Positions 25,342 to 39,056 are shown, counted from the whole stretch's first letter. The stretch: 63,390 nucleotides of DNA, filler included, from Folioceros fuciformis (GCA_049999805.1; 10 parts of 10 records of this genome joined end to end with filler, not necessarily neighbours in it); one strand, 5' to 3'. Numbers and translations are program-made. The notes: generated from the letters alone by a model not told the origin.

Positions 25342-25853
25342 AGACCCATCTAATAAAGGTAATTCTACTGTACCAGAACCTCTGACCTGTACTCCTCTGG
25401 AATCACCTACAAAAACTAATTGCGGTGACATCTGTTCGTGGAATTTCGAGAAGAGACCATGATTGTTGCAGATGTGCAACGTGGTCCTCAGTCCACAAAC
25501 CACTGCAAAGAACTGCCTTTGGACATTGTGAGGCAAACTGTCAAAGCTGTAGCACTACTGCTACACTGCTGTGAAGTACTATTGGAGCCAGCTAAGGACT
25601 TCTTCTCCTTGTTGGCCTCCTTCTTAGGCTCACCAGCCTTCTTCTTGCGGCAGTCTCGTTCCTAGTGCCCTGGAATCTGGCACCAGTGACAGGTACCTTG
25701 TCGTTTAGTAGAGGCAGTTGGAGTCGAGCTGAAGTCGTTGGACTGCTGCTTCTTCGCTCCTCTATCTTTCCTCTTCCAAGGACCTTTAGCTTTGGCATAG
25801 AGGACTTCGTCATCTCGCTGACGATGGCCTGACTTGCCATTGCTTTGGCTTTG
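25342..25853 (-). pseudogene. Copia gag zinc knuckle and protease fragment
   Basis: CHWCQIPGH*ERDCRKK; HICN...FVGDSRGVQVRGSGTVEL. Confidence 0.8.
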
Positions 25854-26060
25854 TGTGAAGAGAGCAAGTTGCTAGGCATAGCAGACAGAATATATGAGCA
25901 CAAGCCTAAAGGAAGTAATACACACATGAGAAAGTATGTCTTATATACAAGCCTAAGTGTCCTTTTGATATTAACCCTAAACTAAAGCTAACCATGATCG
26001 CTGGTTATATAAACATAACCCTACGGGCCTACGGAGATTATCTTAACACACCCCTTTTAC
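25854..26060 (-). mobile_element. Short 3' LTR (~195 bp) and PPT of a nested copia element
   Basis: Minus strand GTAAAAGGGGTG|TGTTAAG at 26048; ends ...CTCTTCACA against the host gag. Confidence 0.65.
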
Positions 26061-26242
26061 CACGACATTGGTTAGGAGATAGGCGATAAACGCAACTAAA
26101 GACAGGGACACGAAGGTGCAAAAATGGCTGGCACACTTGGTCGCAGCTGCAAAGCTGCCCTTTGCTAGAGGACAAGTAATTCCGGTCATTAGATAGAGCA
26201 GTCGAGCTTCATCTGGCCAGACAGTCCAAATATCACTCCACG

Positions 26243-29200
26243 CTAACACTGCAGAGAAGAGTTGGGCAGGTAGGAGTTGTAGGCTACCAAGCCCAGGGCT
26301 TTTGTATGAAAATTGTGCTTGAGCGTAGGCAGACTTTTTGTGAGGACGTCTGTCATATTCAACTCTGTAGAGATATGCTCAATGCTAACCACCTTCTGCT
26401 CCACTGAGTGCCTCACAAAGTGATGGTGGATTTCTATGTGCTTCGTGCGTGCGTGGAAGCGGGGATTCCCGACCGGGGCAATGGTGGACATGTTGTCACA
26501 ATAGATGGTGGTAGGGATCTTCTGTGGAAAGTTTAAGCCGTTTGCATCTGCAGGGTTTTGGATGAACCCAATAGATTTCAAGTATTTGTCAATACACTTG
26601 TACCATTCTCATGCGCTCTATTTGAGGCTGTACAACGTCTTCTTAAGCTTGCAGACCCAGGTAGGATGCTCAAGGTCCACAAAGCCTTCATGCTATTCCA
26701 TGTATATGTCTTCCTCCAGATCCCCATAGAGGAAAGCCATTGAAACATCCATTTGTTCCAAGTCCCAGTCCCTTGCTGCAGCCAGGGCCAGCATCATGCG
26801 GATCGATTGCATTTCACAACAGGGCTGAAAGTTTCATGGAAGTCCACTCCAGCCACTTGAGAAAAACCTCGGGCTTTAAGACGACTCTTGTACCTGGCAA
26901 TCTCTCCTTGGGCGTTCAGCTTATGTCTGAAGATCCATTTACAACTCACAATTTTGCGTCCAGCAGGTAAAGGACACAATTCCCATGTTTCATTCTTCAT
27001 GAGGGAATCGTATTCATCTTGAATGGAAAGGATCCGGTGATGCTTGTCCTTGCCGTTAATAGCCTCCTTATATGAGCGTGGTTCAGCAGGGTGAACAATG
27101 CTGGTGGAGAAGGCCTCACAAAGTCAAGCTGAACGAGGTTGCCAAAAATCTTCAGGCTGATAAGGTCGTTCACTCCATTGATCTCGTGGAGGACGTGACC
27201 TGATGGGGTATCTTTGTTCTTCCACAACAGGTTCGAGAACAGGAGACGCAGTCACAGCTGGTTCAGGCTCCAAATAAGTGTGAACCTGTTCAGCAGCCTG
27301 TTCATGTTCAGAAGTAGGTGAGAGGGGTTGATCTCCGAAATCTAAATGCTGAACGTGCTCAAAATCATCCATTGCAGGATCAGCTGCTGGTATATCAGCT
27401 TTAGAAGTTGTGTCATCTGTCTCATCTACACCAGGTGCAGCATCACTGATCTGTTCTGCAGGTAAGTGTGCAATTGGCTGAACAACTGACTGATGTTGAG
27501 CTGAGGTTGGCTGTGACTATGAGTCAATAGTATGGGCAGGTGATGGAGCTTGAAATCCAGATTGCTGTCCATACTGTATTTGCAATTCCAGGCTGCTGAG
27601 TAATTCCACCCCCTGAACTACCAACTGCCACAGGAAAAAGGCAGGGGATAGTTCATAGGAAATCCTAGGGATACTCAGAGGGAGAAGAATCGAACTCAGG
27701 CTGGTCGGAAGAGGAATCAGGAGCAAGCCCGTCAAAGGAAGGGGCAGAGTTAACGAGCTCCCCAAAGCTAACGCTACGGGCAAAAACCAGACTGCGAGTG
27801 AGCGGGTCATACAATTTATAGGCCTTAGATTCTTCGCCATACCTGACAAAAATAAGGGGACGGGCCCTATCATCCAATTTCCTGCGTTGGGCAGCATGAA
27901 TGAGAGCATAAGCCGGGGACCCGAAAACCCGAAGGTGAAGAACGCTGGGTTTGCGTTTCCACATGACTTCAATGGGCATACGATCAGGCACAGCAGAGGT
28001 AAGGAGTCTATTTAAAATATAAGTAGCGGTGACAACCGCTTCTACCCAGTATGCCTTACTTAATCCAGACTAGGCAAGCATGCTCCTCGTCATATTAAGT
28101 AAGGTCTGATTCCTACACTCAGCGACACTGTTCTGATGCTGAGTGTATGGAATGCTGAGCTGACGAGTAATACCCTATGCTGCCAGATATTCATTGAAAG
28201 GTGAATTCACAAATTCAATCCCATTGTCAGACCGGAGGTAGCGAAGAAGGCAACCTGTTTTGCGCTGAATCATGACCAGCCATTCTTGGAAACATTGAAA
28301 GGTATTCGATTTCCGTTTCATGGGAAATGTCCAAGAGTACCGACTGTAATCGTCAGTGATGGTTAGCTAATAAAGAGAACTTCCGAGTGATGCCACATGG
28401 ATCTTCCCAGAATTGTCAGCGTGGACAAGTTCTAAAAGCATGGAAGTCCGATATGCAAGGGTAGAGGGAAAAGGAAGCTCTTTCTGCTTAGCAACGATAC
28501 ATGAAGTGCAGGTAGGTAGCTCTTTGAAACACTTAGGTAAGGGCTCCCTATAGCAGTCGAGGATAGACATACAGATCAGCTTGTCCTGGTTGGCATGACC
28601 TAATCTGGCATGCCAAAGCTGTGCTAAAACTCGCTGGGACTTAGCAACCAGGTGAATGCTGCGGGCAGGGACGTATTGCATGTCAAGATGATAAAGGTCA
28701 TTCTCTAAGAGGCCCTGGGCAACTAGCGACTTAACAGAACCTATCTGAAAAATGCTGCAGCCAGTGGAGGTAAAGGTGAGTGTGTAGGCACTTAACCGTA
28801 AAAGTTGACTGACGGATAGCAAGTGCTTAGCCATGTCAGGGACATAAAGGACCTCGTCAAGTTGGAAACACCGGCCACTAGAGTTCTGAAAGTAACAGGA
28901 ACCTTTGCCCAAAATCTTCAGACCTGAACGGGTGAGCTCATAACCTAGCAGGACCCTCTCAGAGGTATGAAGAGGAACAAAGTTGCTAATCAAGCTTCGA
29001 TTGTGGCAGATATGCGTCATTGCTCCGGAGTCCAAGTACCAGGAGTTATCCGCCTTGGAGGAAGTAGACAAGCAAGTTGTCATTACCACCGGCTGCTTAC
29101 CGAAAGTTTGGCCTGAAGATGGCCTGGCCTTGGAAACAGCATGAGCTGCAGCCCCCTTTCGGGACTGATCAGCTGGTTTAGGGTCTCCATATTTCTTTTT

Positions 29201-30655
29201 ACGGCATTCTCGCTCCCAATGACCAGCAAATCCGCACCAGTTGCAGGAGCCAATGCGTTTGATTTGACCTGGTTTCGAGTCCTGTGAAGGGCCAGCTGCA
29301 GATGAGTTTCCAGTCTTGTGTTTATTGTTTGTATGGGGAGGCCGTGACTTAGAACTGTAAAGCACCTTGTCCATTTTAGTTCGGCCAAAGTTGGAATGAG
29401 AGCCTGTACATGTCTGCTCTTCCTGAAACAAAGCCCTAATAATGTCTGTGAAACTGATATGTAAAGGTTGTCCTACAGCCATGGCCTTGGAAGCATCTCT
29501 TAATGATGCTCCATAACTCGAGATGAAAGGCTGGTAACTATTGGGCAGGCTGGTCATCAGCTGTGCGACTACATCAACTTCGGTCATGGGGGAACCAAGT
29601 GAAGGAAGTTGAGAACGCAAGTGTCTAAACTTTGCCACGAAAACAGCTACTTTATCATTGTCTTGCATGCGAAGGGAGAAGAGCTCGCCTCTAACTGCTA
29701 CCAGGGTGAGAATGTTTTTCACGTCGTAGGTCTGTGAAAGCTGGTTGCAGATGTCTTTAGCCTTTGGCAGGTAGGCAACGTCTGGCACCAGAACTTCATC
29801 AAGGCCACTAATTAACAAGGCGTGTGCCACATTGTTGGCATTGTCCCATTTGTCCTTGTCCAATTGATTGGCAGTAACAGCAGGTTGTTGCAGCTGCCCA
29901 CTTACAACTCCCCACACATGTCGGGCTTCAAGAGCAGCTCGCATTCGAACTCTCCAGACAGGTTACTTGTTCCCGTTAAACCTATCTTTTTCCTTAAATT
30001 CAATTGTATAAGAAGGTTGATAGCTCGGTGCTGCGTAGGGAAGCAAATGTTGAAGGCCGACACCACCGGCTGGTGGATAGGGAGGGAGAGGGGGCAAGCC
30101 ACCTGCTGCAGGGAATTGTAGGTAAGGATTTGGAAGGGGACCCGCCCCTAAGCCAGCCCCTAACCCAACACCAAGTCCTGCTCTAGGGTTACCGAGTCCT
30201 GCATCAAACGGTCTCAGGGGGGGTAGTCCTGCTCCAAGTCCGCCTCCATATCCAGCGTAGGGGTTCCCTAATCGGGCTCCAAAAGAAGGTAGAGAGTTGG
30301 CGAATCTTGCTCCTTGTCCAAGCAGAGGATTCCCAAGCCCAACTCCTTGAGTTGGCAGAGGATTGGAAGGCCCTACGCCTGGCGTAGAGGTGGAAGTGGA
30401 AGCGGCCGCTCCAGTCCCTTGCGAGATGGATGCAGCGGCTCTGGTTGAAGGTGGTCGCGTGGGAGGTTGTGTCCCTATAGAGCCTGCAAAGCCTGCAAGC
30501 GTGTCAAACAGGGAGAAAGCGAGGGAAGAGGAAGCCTCCAATGCCGCTGGTCCGCCAAAGCAACACCATGATTGGTGACAGAGTCTGGAAGAGGATCTGT
30601 GTTCTCCGCCATGAAGAGGCGCTTGCAGCAACTGTGTTTGCGCGGAGGTCAACAA
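26243..30655 (-). pseudogene. Copia gag-pol with Gly/Pro-rich N-terminal extension and an internal RT-RNase H deletion
   Basis: FKEKDRFNGNK*PVWRVRMRA (29963 and 28367 ORFs share a frame); CNWCGFAGHWEREC; WYLDSGA; WHARLGH; HLRVFGS; ARYKSRL; YCDN...TDVLTK. Confidence 0.93.
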
Positions 30656-30889
30656 GCTTGGAAGACCCTCCTAGAGATCTGAGTCCACCAGCATCCGGGG
30701 CGATTTCAATCGGAATAGGCGCGCCGGTTGGTTAGACGAGATGGAGGGACGCGAAAGATGCCATTGCCTAGAGTCGCACCAGTAAGAGAGGCGCAAGCCA
30801 CTCCAAGTGTCTTCCTTCATGCCGAAGCGCCCTTGCTTCTTGAGAAGAGGTGACTCTTGAGATCTCTCACACCAATTCTCCTCTGCAGG

Positions 30890-31592
30890 TGTGAGCCTCC
30901 AAAGTTTGGGGTACTAGTTTGTTTTGGTTGAAAAAGGGTTAATAGTGGTATGGTTTGGTTTTCTTTTTCTACTTTTTTTCCTAAATTTTCTTTATTTTCT
31001 GGTCATTTTTCCTATTTTTCTTTGTTCTAATTAGGTTAATTGACTAGGAAATAGTTGGTTTGGTTATTAAAGTGGGTACAAGTCTGGTCCTAGACCTGGG
31101 AAAGTTTAGGTCCGGTACAGGGCCATAGGGTTGGGAAAGTTTGAGTCTAGGTCTGGTGATTAGTTTAATATTAAAGATATATAATATTAAATGATTAAAT
31201 AATAATAATAATAGAATAATATAAACTTAATAAAATAATGGTCTGAACATAGGAACGGGAATATGTGGGGTATGTCAGGGTCTGACATCAGGCTGGCTGA
31301 TTGCCTGGCTGGCCTAAACGGTCATGGAGGCCGTACCCTAGCTAGGGCTAGAGGTAGGGGTTGCGGCTGCCCCCATCTACCTCCCCCTTTCTCCCTTTCT
31401 CCCTTCCTCCTCCATTCCCTTCTTGTCCCACTTCCTCTTCTTCCCCTTCCCTCTCCATCTCTTTGTCCTACTTCTTCTTTTGGATCCATATTGCATGTAG
31501 ACCGAGTGATGGGACTGAGGGCAAGCACAGAAGGAGCATGAGGCGAGCTGGAGGATTCAGCTGATGCAGGGCCAGGCCTGCCTCCGTCTTCT
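30890..31592 (+). mobile_element. Probable LTR 5' end of a high-copy family (also at 45752-45797)
   Basis: TGTGA.CCTCCAAAGTTTGGGGTA.TAGTTTGTTTT(T)GGTTGAAAAA begins abruptly at both sites, and both copies run to contig ends. Confidence 0.65.
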
Positions 31593-31692
31593 NNNNNNNN
31601 NNNNNNNNNNNNNNNNNNNNNNNNNNNNNNNNNNNNTTAATTAATTAANNNNNNNNNNNNNNNNNNNNNNNNNNNNNNNNNNNNNNNNNNNN

Positions 31693-33244
31693 ATTATTCT
31701 GAGCACTTACGTGTGCATTGATTTTTTGGTCACTTGACAACAACACCCCCTGGTTGCCCAGCCACTCTCCCCACCTGGTTGCTGCAACCACCCATGCCCA
31801 TAGGATTTCGTAGAATCGACGGATGGGCTGTCTTGGGGTATGCTGACCTTGGGAAAATTCCTAGATTTGGTAGGAGTCCTCCACCGGCCACTCCTCCTCC
31901 TCCCCCTCATAGGCCAGCAAGTGCACCTTGGCCCCTTGGCAATGGGTCTTGGTGTGGCCTTGCTCACCACAAGTGGAACAAAACAAGTTAGCCTTGCCAC
32001 TAGCTGCAGCCCTCCTCCTCTCATGCTCCTTGACAGCATGAAGGTGGAGCTTCTCAAACTTACTCAGCATCTCCTCCATCTTGGATTCTTGCTGTTCCAC
32101 CTTCTTGGCTGCAGCCTCAGCCTCTTTTTTGACCTGCTCCACCTCCCTCTTAGCATGGGCCACCTGTTGCTTGGCCTTGGTCAGATCCTTGGCCTTCTTG
32201 GCCTCCCTCTTTTTCCTTCCCATCTCCAGCTCCTTCTTCTTCCTTCTCCTCCTAGCAGCCTCATCCTCCGAGGACTCCTCATTCGAGCTATCCTCCACTG
32301 AAGATATGGAGGCCCCTGCTAATCCTCCTGAAAAATCACTTTCCTCGAAGGATGAGTCCCTCTTCTTCTTCCCCTTCTTAGGCCTGTTCTTCCTCTTGTC
32401 CTTCTCCTTTCCTCTCTCCTTCTCCTTGGATTTCCCTTTGCCCCAAGGATGAGACTCCTCGTAATTGAGATCTGCCCTTATAGCCCTGTCCACATCCTTT
32501 TCTGCAAACAACTTCACATGGCCCCCCATCCTCGATCCTAGGCCTTCAACAAACCACCTAATGGCCTGTAAATCTAAATGAGGTCCACAGCGATCCCGCA
32601 GGCTGTGGAACCTCTCCACATAGGCCTACAAGGTCTCCTTCCTCCTCCTCCTCAAGGCCTCCAGCTTGGACAACACGTAGCCCTCTACGTCTATCCCCCT
32701 GAACCGCTCACAAAAGGCCCTCTTTAGCACATCAAAAGGTGGCTGGAAATGTGCCAGCCATGAGGTACTCCCTCTTGTACTTCTTGGCAGGCCCCCCACA
32801 CAGCACACCATAGAACAATTGGATGCGCTGTGCATTCGCTGATTCCTGGTTAGCAAGGGTTAGCTGCTCAAACCTCTTCACAAATTCATCCGGGTCCTCA
32901 TAGCCCTTCTTCTCCCCATACAAGGGGTACGGCTGCTTGGTGGACATTGCAACAGCTGGTGTCGCCATGGTGCTTGCACTCCCTCTTGCAGTTGCAGATC
33001 CAGCAGGTCCAGCCCCTGGAATTTGGCTAATGTTGCTGAATCCTTCAGCTCCTGCACTCCTAAGCCCTTGCACAAGCCCAGGTTGACGACCAAAGGGTAG
33101 ACTCGGGTTAGGTTGGCTTGAATTAGGCCCTCGCCCATAGTAGAAAGTTGGGGGTCTTGCTCCAACGTGACTGAATCCCCCATGGCCTGCTGGTTGCTCA
33201 CCCCTCTCCTCCTCCTTGCTGGTGTATGACCTGGTTGTGCCCAC
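31693..33244 (-). pseudogene. Ty3/gypsy gag (capsid + K/E-rich linker + CCHC knuckle)
   Basis: EDPDEFVKRFEQL; LKRAFCERF; RWFVEGL; CSTCGEQGHTKTHC. Located just downstream of the PBS. Confidence 0.88.
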
Positions 33245-33439
33245 CTCAGCTCCCTCTATATTGCTCTTTGCTCACGCTCCAATGCTTGTTGCTGCCTCCT
33301 TGCTTGAGCTTGAGCTCCCCCTTCACAGCTGGAGTTCAAATCTTCAGCACCTATGCCGGGCATCCATCAGCCCTGCCACACTCCCTTGTACAAACCCCTA
33401 TCCAGGTCAGTCCTCTCCAGCCCTTGATAGCAATGTCAC

Positions 33440-33457
33440 TCCTTGGCAGCGGCGCCA
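33440..33457 (-). promoter_or_regulatory. Primer-binding site, tRNA-Asp type (Athila-like)
   Basis: Minus strand TGGCGCCGCTGCCAAGGA versus the Athila consensus TGGCGCCGTTGCCGGGGA, 3 nt after the LTR end CACCACA. Confidence 0.8.
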
Positions 33458-33460
33458 AAA

Positions 33461-36400
33461 TGTGGTGTGATTTCTTGCACCCAAGAACCACCACACTTAG
33501 CAACGGTAGGGGAAGGTGAACCACCGTCATGGAAGGACGACTAGTCGAGGAGCTCTAGGGGGTGGCCTAAACCTAACCCAAATCTAAGACATTCGCCTGG
33601 CGAAGACAGCTAGCCAGGCCGCTAGCCCAACCCCCCTCAGATCCACTTTGTCCTGCTTGCCCAAGCAGCTGGCCAGAGGCCCCTAGGTGCCAGGTCGCCG
33701 TCGGCTGGATACTCCTGCAGCCTGTCTCGGTTGCTTTCCATGGCTGCATATCCTGCCAATCGAGCCGTTCTATGCACACCAGCCAGGGTCCGTCCTCCAG
33801 ACATCCCTGGTCTAGCAGTCCTCCGGCGGGGGATACTTGCCAACCATCAAGGATATCCCCCACAATCCCAATTTTGGGCTCGCTTCCTTGTTGCCGGTCG
33901 TCGGCCGGGCCATCTGCCGAGACTTGGCTAGGCGACCATTTCTCCCCCCGGGACCGGTCTGCTCGGCTCGCCTGCCTTCATCCTAATCTACTCCTGTGGT
34001 TCGGCCTGGCTTCTAAATCATTTGACCCCAGCCACCTACCATGCCGACCCCTCCTGGCTGTTTTTAGGCCGGGCGATCGACTACCCAATGTAGTCAACCA
34101 TGCCACTATGCTCAGCCGAGACCAGCCACGCCGCCTAGCATCTCGCCATGAACCTACCCTGGTAGTTCCTACCAGCCAGATGGCATGCCTGCTCCCCTAG
34201 CTGCCGGGCCGCCCCAGCCAGCGGATCCGCACCCCGATCGGCCTCTGACCGCCTGGCTACTGATCAGCGGCTGGTCGCTGTTGAGCCGGCCCCCTTGCTA
34301 CTCGCCTTGCCGATCCAACTAGGCGCCCGCCTGCCATGCTGATGGGCCAGGCTGCCTACATGCTAGCTGCCTGGCGGGATCCGCCTGCCAGCCTTTGCCC
34401 TATAGCCAGCCGGCCTGCTAGGCCCAATTGGGACCCGAGCCTGGATCCTACCCTGGCCTGCTACACCTGCGGATCCAACTCCGCTTGCCTGGCCTGGATC
34501 CTGTGCCGCCGCCTGCCTCCAGCCACTGCCAACACGGCTAGCCGACCAGCCAGGCCGTCGGCCTGGCTCCCGAATCGGACAGCCAACTTGCTGCGTCCCG
34601 ATCTGCCCCTACAGCTGGCAGGCGACTGCCTGGCTAGCGCTCCACCTGCTAGCCAGCACGGCGTGTAATAGCCCGAGGCCCGCCTGCCCATTCTGATTTC
34701 CACGCCTACGAGGCTGCCTTTCTGTTGGCGGCACCGATCCACCAGCCCCCCCGGCTAGCCCGTCTACCAAACCTGGATCGGCTTGCAGCTCGCCCACACC
34801 CCCTGCAGTGGCCCTAGCTAGCCGATCAGCCAGAACGCCCGCCTGGCTCCAGCCGTGGCTAGCCGTTTCACCAGCCACCAACTTTCTTGGCTCGCTCCTG
34901 GCCAGATCCGATGCCCACTCGGCCTAGTTCCAACCCCGAGCTGCTACAGCCAACCCGACTGATCGCTTCACGAGAGCTCGGGCTGCCTGACTAGCTTCAG
35001 GACCCAACCCCAGCTGCCAACGCCTTCCCCTCAACTCCGACCAACCCAGCTGCCCAGCTCGACTCCAGCCCGCGCTCCAACAGCCCGCATGCCCGTCTAA
35101 ACCATACCGAGCTAGATCAGCCTGCGTCTTACTGCTGCCTGGCCGCGCCTGGATGTTGTCAACCCCCCTGGCTGATCCACCCCGGCCTCGTGTCCCAGCC
35201 TGCCTCTAGCCACCGATCTATCCAGCCTGCATGGTTTGCCCCAACCAGACACGTGTGTCCCCGATCCGGCCTGCCTCTAGCGCTCGCCATCACCAATCGG
35301 TTCCAAGCCGGCCTGCCCTGTTCACCTGCAGCAGCTTGGCTTGCTTTAGATCGACTAGCCAGGCCGGCGGATCCAGCGCCGCCACTGCCTGGTGGCTTCT
35401 CACCATGGTCCAACTCTTTCCCCTATGGCGAGCACAGAAAACATGCTGCAGCTTTTCGCAAGAACCACGAAACCGACTACACCACATGCAGCCCTGCACC
35501 TTCCACCGACCCACGCTGGCTGCCCAGATCTACCCCAACACCATCTAACCGATACCAGCCGATGGCGGTGCCTACCTAGAACCTGGATCCATCGTCTCCC
35601 TGGCCCTCTTGGTGCGGCCTGGACCCCAGTTGCTGCCGATCCCCTGCTAGCTGCCCGTTCGCGGCCTACACCGGCCTGAATTGGCCACCGACGGCCTGCT
35701 CCAAAGTCACCATGGCCCGGCCTGGTTGTCCCCTCTATAGCAGCCGCCGATCCGGCACCTACTGTGGTCGGGTCTACCTTCTGCCATAGCCGCCACTACC
35801 CGGTCTCGCCCTCGGCCCGGATCTGCTCGTCTCCTGGATCCTCCCCTGTCAAGAAGCTCCCCCGGGCTGCTGCCATCGCCGCCATCTACCTAAGCTAGCC
35901 AGCCACTCCAATTAGCCGGCCTGCCTGCCGGCTGGCTACCCCTCAAGCTCCCATACTACCTGGCTCCGGTCGTGAATAACCCCAGCCAGCCCGACCCTCG
36001 GCCTGGCTTAGGTCCATCCTGGCCAGCATGGGTGCGCCGCCACCACCCGCCTTGCCCGCCACCCATGTGTACCGAGGCCACACACCAGCCTTGTTGGCTT
36101 CCGAGTCCAGCACCCTGCTCAGCTGCTATGTTTGGACCAGAACGGAACTGCTCACGCCTTGCCTGGCCACCTAACCCGCCCACTGCTCTAGTAACAGCCC
36201 TAGAGGCCTGCAACCCTGCGGCCATCTTTGGCCAGGCCCCCTTAGATCCGGCCAACCCCTTGGCCTAGCTCAGTTGCTCGACACGCCTTACTCCTAGGTC
36301 TCCATCGGTCGGCCCCCTTCGGCTTCGCTACCCTCCAGACTCGGACTGACCCGCCTCCCAGCGTCGCCTAGCCTAGCTGCATGGCCGCTTGCGCTGGTCT

Positions 36401-36937
36401 CGAGTATGCCTTCACCTGGCTGGCCTGCTGCATGGCCCAGCCGAGTCCCATCCATCCTGGTCCAGTGCCGTCCTCCTGCTGAAACCAACCGCTTCGGCCT
36501 GACACGCCACGTCTGCCAGCCCTCACCGCTTGGATCCACCAAGGCTCGCCTAGCCCAAATCCGACACCACCTCTGCTTCCTACCTGACTGGATCGGGCTA
36601 GGTTGCGGCCTAAGCTTCCCAACAGTCGCCAACCCGGCTGCCTGCTCCCAGGTCCTCGGCCCCAGGCACCTCGATCTCCATCTCCCGCTTCTCCCAACAA
36701 CACCCAGAGGAACCCCGGCTCGCCTTCCACGACCCATCCTAGGGTTTCCTATTCCTCCGTTACCTTACCCTGAGGAACCAGAGCCCGTGTCCTATCTACC
36801 ACACAACCTACCTACCCTATCGACTCACCATAAATCTAGCTACTATTCTAACCTAATATCCCAACCTTTCCTCTACAGCACTCACTCACAGATCCAAAAA
36901 AAAGAAAACCTATCATTTCCCAGGGGTCTATTCAACA
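33461..36937 (-). mobile_element. ~3.5-kb GC-rich 5' LTR of the Athila-like element, inserted in a copia integrase
   Basis: Minus strand TGTTGAATAG... to ...GCAAGAAATCACACCACA; copia integrase homology resumes at 36938. Confidence 0.75.
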
Positions 36938-38855
36938 TGTAGAGTCCAAAATCCCCCTCTCAAGACAGAAGTCCTTAAATTGCTGATTATTTAATTCTTC
37001 TGCATTGTCAGATCTAATGCACCGAAACTTGCAACCGGTTTGCCGCTCAACCATAGTGACAAAAGGAGTACAGGAGCCGAAGGAATCACTCTTCAACTTG
37101 AGCGAAATAGCAAAGGTATAGCGACTATAGTCATCAACAATAGTCATAAAGTACTGTGCACCGCAAAGGGAAGGGACAGGGAGTGGACCACAAAGATCAA
37201 CATGGACCAACTCCAAGGGCTGAGTAGCCCGATGGGCAGGTAGAGTAGGATAGGCGAAGCTACATTGTTTAGCACGTATACAAGGTTCACATAACGGTGG
37301 AGTCTATGAAAAGTGTTGTAGCTTATCCCTAAATAAATCCTGCCTAGACATCTCTAAAAGCTTATCATGATTAATATATCAAAGTCGAGAATGCCATAAT
37401 AGGGAGTCACCTTTGCGAGAACTCCCTCTATCGATCGCAGTGGCCATTGCAGGAGCTGTGGTTGAGGAATCATGGATCACTGGTACGGTGGAGAAGACAT
37501 ATAGGTCATGTCGCGGATGACCTCTAGCAATCACGCGACCATGAGCAACAGATCTTGTGAGGAGACAATCGCCTTTGCCTAACTCTAGCCTGAAAGTACC
37601 GTCCTTCACCAAGTGTCGGACGGAGATAAGATTCGTCGCCATTTGCAGAACATGTAGCACATCACTTAAAAGAAAGACAGAACCATCTTCAAGAGTAAAA
37701 GTAACAGTGCCAGTGCTCGCAATAGTAAGGCTGGAGTCGTCCCTAAGAAGAACAAAACGTTGATCTTCGGAAGGGGATAATTAGAGAACATATGGTGATG
37801 ACAGAAGATATGTGCCGAGGCAGCTGAGTCCAATAGCCAAGAGGTCTTATATTCAAAAGCTACCAAGCAGACTGTGAGAGCAATGTCGGCCTGCTTTTGC
37901 TTGGAGGTCGAAGCCATATTAGCAGAAGACTTGGAAGGGCGTCCAGGCTCACTAGCTTTCTTCTTGCGGCAGTCAGGCTCCCAGTGGCCTGGAATCTGGC
38001 ACCAATTGCAAGTACCAAGCTTGCGGCCGTAACCACCAGGCTTGGAGTATGGAGGGCCGCGAGAGGGAGTCGGAGAAGGCGCAGTGAAGGGCCGTCTCTC
38101 AGGTGGAGGAGGACGACGTCGCGGCTGGGGTTGGTGACATTGACAGCCTTTGCTAACAAACCTAACTCTTTCACCACGATGCTTCGAAGTGCCAGCTTTG
38201 TATCTGGAAGCCTCCTCTTGAAGGAGTGTGCCAGCAATTTTGGATATGGAAATGTTGGGGGCGCAGCCAACCTTTGGAAGCATGATGAGCCTCTCGAATA
38301 GTGCCATTCTGAGAGCACACAAATGCTTGAAAGCTCGCGGGAAGGAGGCCAGCAATTGGACACAAGCTTCGAATTCCGATAAGGGAGTCCCTAAAGCAAC
38401 AAGTTGTGCCCGAAGATAACGAAACTTCCCGACATCAGTACCAATGCTCTCATTATTAAGCATGCGTAAGGAATAAAATGTGTTACGCACGGTTACTGAT
38501 GTCATAATATTGGTAGATTGAAAACATATCGGATAGCTGCCGCCAAGCCTCTGCAACAGTGATAGCACCACCATCAATATGATGAAGAGTGACTTCATCT
38601 AGGCCGGAAATAAGGATATGCATAAGCAAGCTTGTCTTGTTTCAACCAAGAGTTGAGGGCTGGCAAGGGCCCAATGGGCTTGAGAACAATCCCATCAACT
38701 ATGCCAAGGAAATCTCTGGTATTCAAGATAGATTGTATACACTTGGACCATATTTCAAACTTAGTGCCGTCAAAACGGTCGTTCTCCTTAAAGTCAGAAG
38801 TCATATTCATATAAGTGAGGATGGGAATAGGTGGCACAATCGAAGAGGTAGCCAT
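36938..38855 (-). pseudogene. Copia gag-PR-INT (degenerate)
   Basis: FKENDRFDGTKFEIWS; CNWCQIPGHWEPDC; WLLDSAAS; LWHSRL; VHVDLCGP; IVDDYSR; IRSDNA. Confidence 0.92.
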
Positions 38856-39056
38856 GGTTTGATAGAGACAAACAATTGAAATAGATAGATATGTATATAT
38901 AAAGAGAAAACTACCAACTCCAAGTTATGACAAGAAGCTGATAAATCTTCAAATATATATATATATATATGCATGAATAAAAACAAATGTTATGTTGATA
39001 AAGGTCCAAAAGGCCTATAGGAGTTATAAAGATCAAACAGCCCAGTGCACGGTGCC

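Noticed and set aside
33573-36942. Many 60-180 aa ORFs on both strands
   Set aside because: Expected from high GC in an LTR; Pro/Ala/Arg-rich, overlapping and without domains.
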